Positions 31,007-32,000 of a DNA stretch of 32,000 nt are shown in pieces. This DNA comes from Candidatus Iainarchaeum sp. GTDB taxonomy: Archaea > Iainarchaeota > Iainarchaeia > Iainarchaeales > JAZDEL01. The notes beneath the pieces were generated by a model that saw only the letters and a list, made by a program, of their open reading frames with translations, made no database searches and was not told the origin of the DNA. The translations under genes were made by a program, and so were the position numbers. The DNA lies in NCBI GenBank assembly GCA_043808785.1, contig JAZDEL010000001.1, positions 90,001-122,000 of the forward strand, in the 5' to 3' direction. Position 1 is the stretch's first letter; each line of letters begins with the position of its first letter.

Positions 31007-31223
31007 TCCATGCGGAACCGTGCTTCGGGTGCGCACGCTTCAACAGTCGCCCCGCCCGCACCAGCAAAGCGCCAAAGCCCTGCGCCAAAATGCACAAAAA
31101 GCGCCAAAAACGAGCATCAAATTGACTGCGGTAAACATTTTCATATACTTTTGTTCACTATGGTTTCTATGATGCTCATTATATTGAGCAATATTGCACG
31201 TTATTGCTCATTACTGTTTTATC

Positions 31224-32000
31224 ATGATTTCAAAGGGCATTTTGAGGACGGTAATTGCGGACCAACTGAAGGAGCTGGATTCATTGGCGGATTCCGTGCC
31301 GAGAACCATTTTTCCCGCAGCTGTTTCTTACAGCGGGGCCTCCGCCCTTGTTGTCAAGGGCGTCAGGAGATGCGGCAAAAGCACTTTGCTGAAGCAACTG
31401 ATAAAGGCGAAATTTGAAAACGATTTTTTTTACTTTAACTTTGACGACGAAAGAATAGGCGAATTCAGGGCTGAAGATTTCCAGCAGCTGATGGAAACAT
31501 TGATTGAGGCGTTCGGGGAAAAAAAGAACATTTTCCTCGACGAAATCCAGAACATCAAAGGCTGGGAATTGTTTGCCAACAGGATTTTGAGGCAGGGCTA
31601 CAGGGTTTTCCTTACGGGCTCCAATGCAAACCTGTTAAGCAAAGAGCTTGGGACGCACCTGACCGGGAGGCACGTGGACCTTGAACTTTACCCCTTTTCC
31701 TTTGCCGAATTCCTGAAAGCCAAAAAAGCGGAAATCCCGAAGAAAGGCATTTATTCCACGGCGCAAAGGGCGCTGCTTTCAAAAGCATTCAAGGAATACC
31801 TCTCAAAAGGCGGAATGCCCGAAGTAGTTGTTTTCTCGAACGAGGCAATCCTGGCGGCGGTGCTTGCGGACATAATGCGGAAAGACATTTGCGAAAGATA
31901 CGGCGTAAGGAAGCCCGGCGAACTCAAAGCAGTGCTGAATTTCCTGATAGCAAATTCCGCAAACCCCATGACCTACCGCTCCATAACAGGCAATTTCGGG
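31224..32000 (+). CDS. AAA+ ATPase of the COG1373 type (AAA_14 plus DUF4143), 5' part; it runs off the window end
   Basis: It is not in the ORF track because no stop codon is reached. I translated it by hand and it is open for 259 codons. Walker A is VVKGVRRCGKSTLL and Walker B is NIFLDEIQNIKGWE, followed by VFLTGSNANLLSKELGTHLTGRH. Confidence 0.85.
   Translation, partial: MISKGILRTVIADQLKELDSLADSVPRTIFPAAVSYSGASALVVKGVRRCGKSTLLKQLIKAKFENDFFYFNFDDERIGEFRAEDFQQLMETLIEAFGEKKNIFLDEIQNIKGWELFANRILRQGYRVFLTGSNANLLSKELGTHLTGRHVDLELYPFSFAEFLKAKKAEIPKKGIYSTAQRALLSKAFKEYLSKGGMPEVVVFSNEAILAAVLADIMRKDICERYGVRKPGELKAVLNFLIANSANPMTYRSITGNFG

Noticed and set aside
30937-31417. Track ORFs 30937..31125 (62 aa) and 30977..31417 (146 aa)
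   Set aside because: Their composition is Arg/Ala/Pro/Lys-rich and low in complexity. The second ORF runs out of frame through the well-supported start of the AAA ATPase. The region is better explained as non-coding repeats and hairpins.

Overview
This 32-kb window looks like a chromosomal segment from an archaeon, probably an uncultivated, small-genome (DPANN-like) lineage; that lineage assignment is inference.

Evidence for an archaeal origin:
- Archaeal or eukaryote-type housekeeping genes are present: archaeal-type ProRS, GatD, ATP-dependent DNA ligase, DRG-type GTPase with TGS domain, ZPR1 zinc finger, Dph6-like PP-loop ATPase, Mtq2/HemK methyltransferase, TrmJ-like SpoU methyltransferase, AlaX and myo-inositol-1-phosphate synthase.
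- Many first genes of transcription units have an AT-rich TATA-like box centred about 27-34 nt upstream of the start codon, which suggests leaderless or near-leaderless mRNAs. Internal operon genes instead carry GGAGG/GGTG-type ribosome-binding sites or overlapping stop/start codons.
- Two tRNA-Pro genes (GGG and UGG) lie directly upstream of proS.

A minus-strand cluster encodes bacterial-type sugar-phosphate enzymes: class I FBPase, class II aldolase, a PfkB kinase and a methyltransferase-fold protein.

Accessory content:
1. A 1.3-kb AT-rich transposon-like insertion (6602-7925). It has 18-bp terminal inverted repeats and a 9-bp target duplication. It carries a decayed IS4/IS5-type transposase remnant and two unknown cargo ORFs.
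2. A mazEF module followed by a wHTH gene (10.6-11.7 kb).
3. A translationally coupled pair of a DUF488 gene and an unknown Cys/His-rich gene (23.5-24.7 kb).
4. A small two-TM protein directly followed by a secreted lytic-transglycosylase (SLT) protein (16.2-18.0 kb).
5. A toxin-antitoxin/defence islet (28.4-32.0 kb). It holds wHTH-MNT/HEPN, AbiEii/AbiEi in reversed order, and a repeat-rich 370-bp non-coding stretch. It ends in a partial COG1373-type AAA ATPase. The two TA modules are bracketed by a 27-bp direct repeat.

No rRNA genes or CRISPR arrays were seen. All calls come from reading the sequence and recognising motifs; no database search was run.
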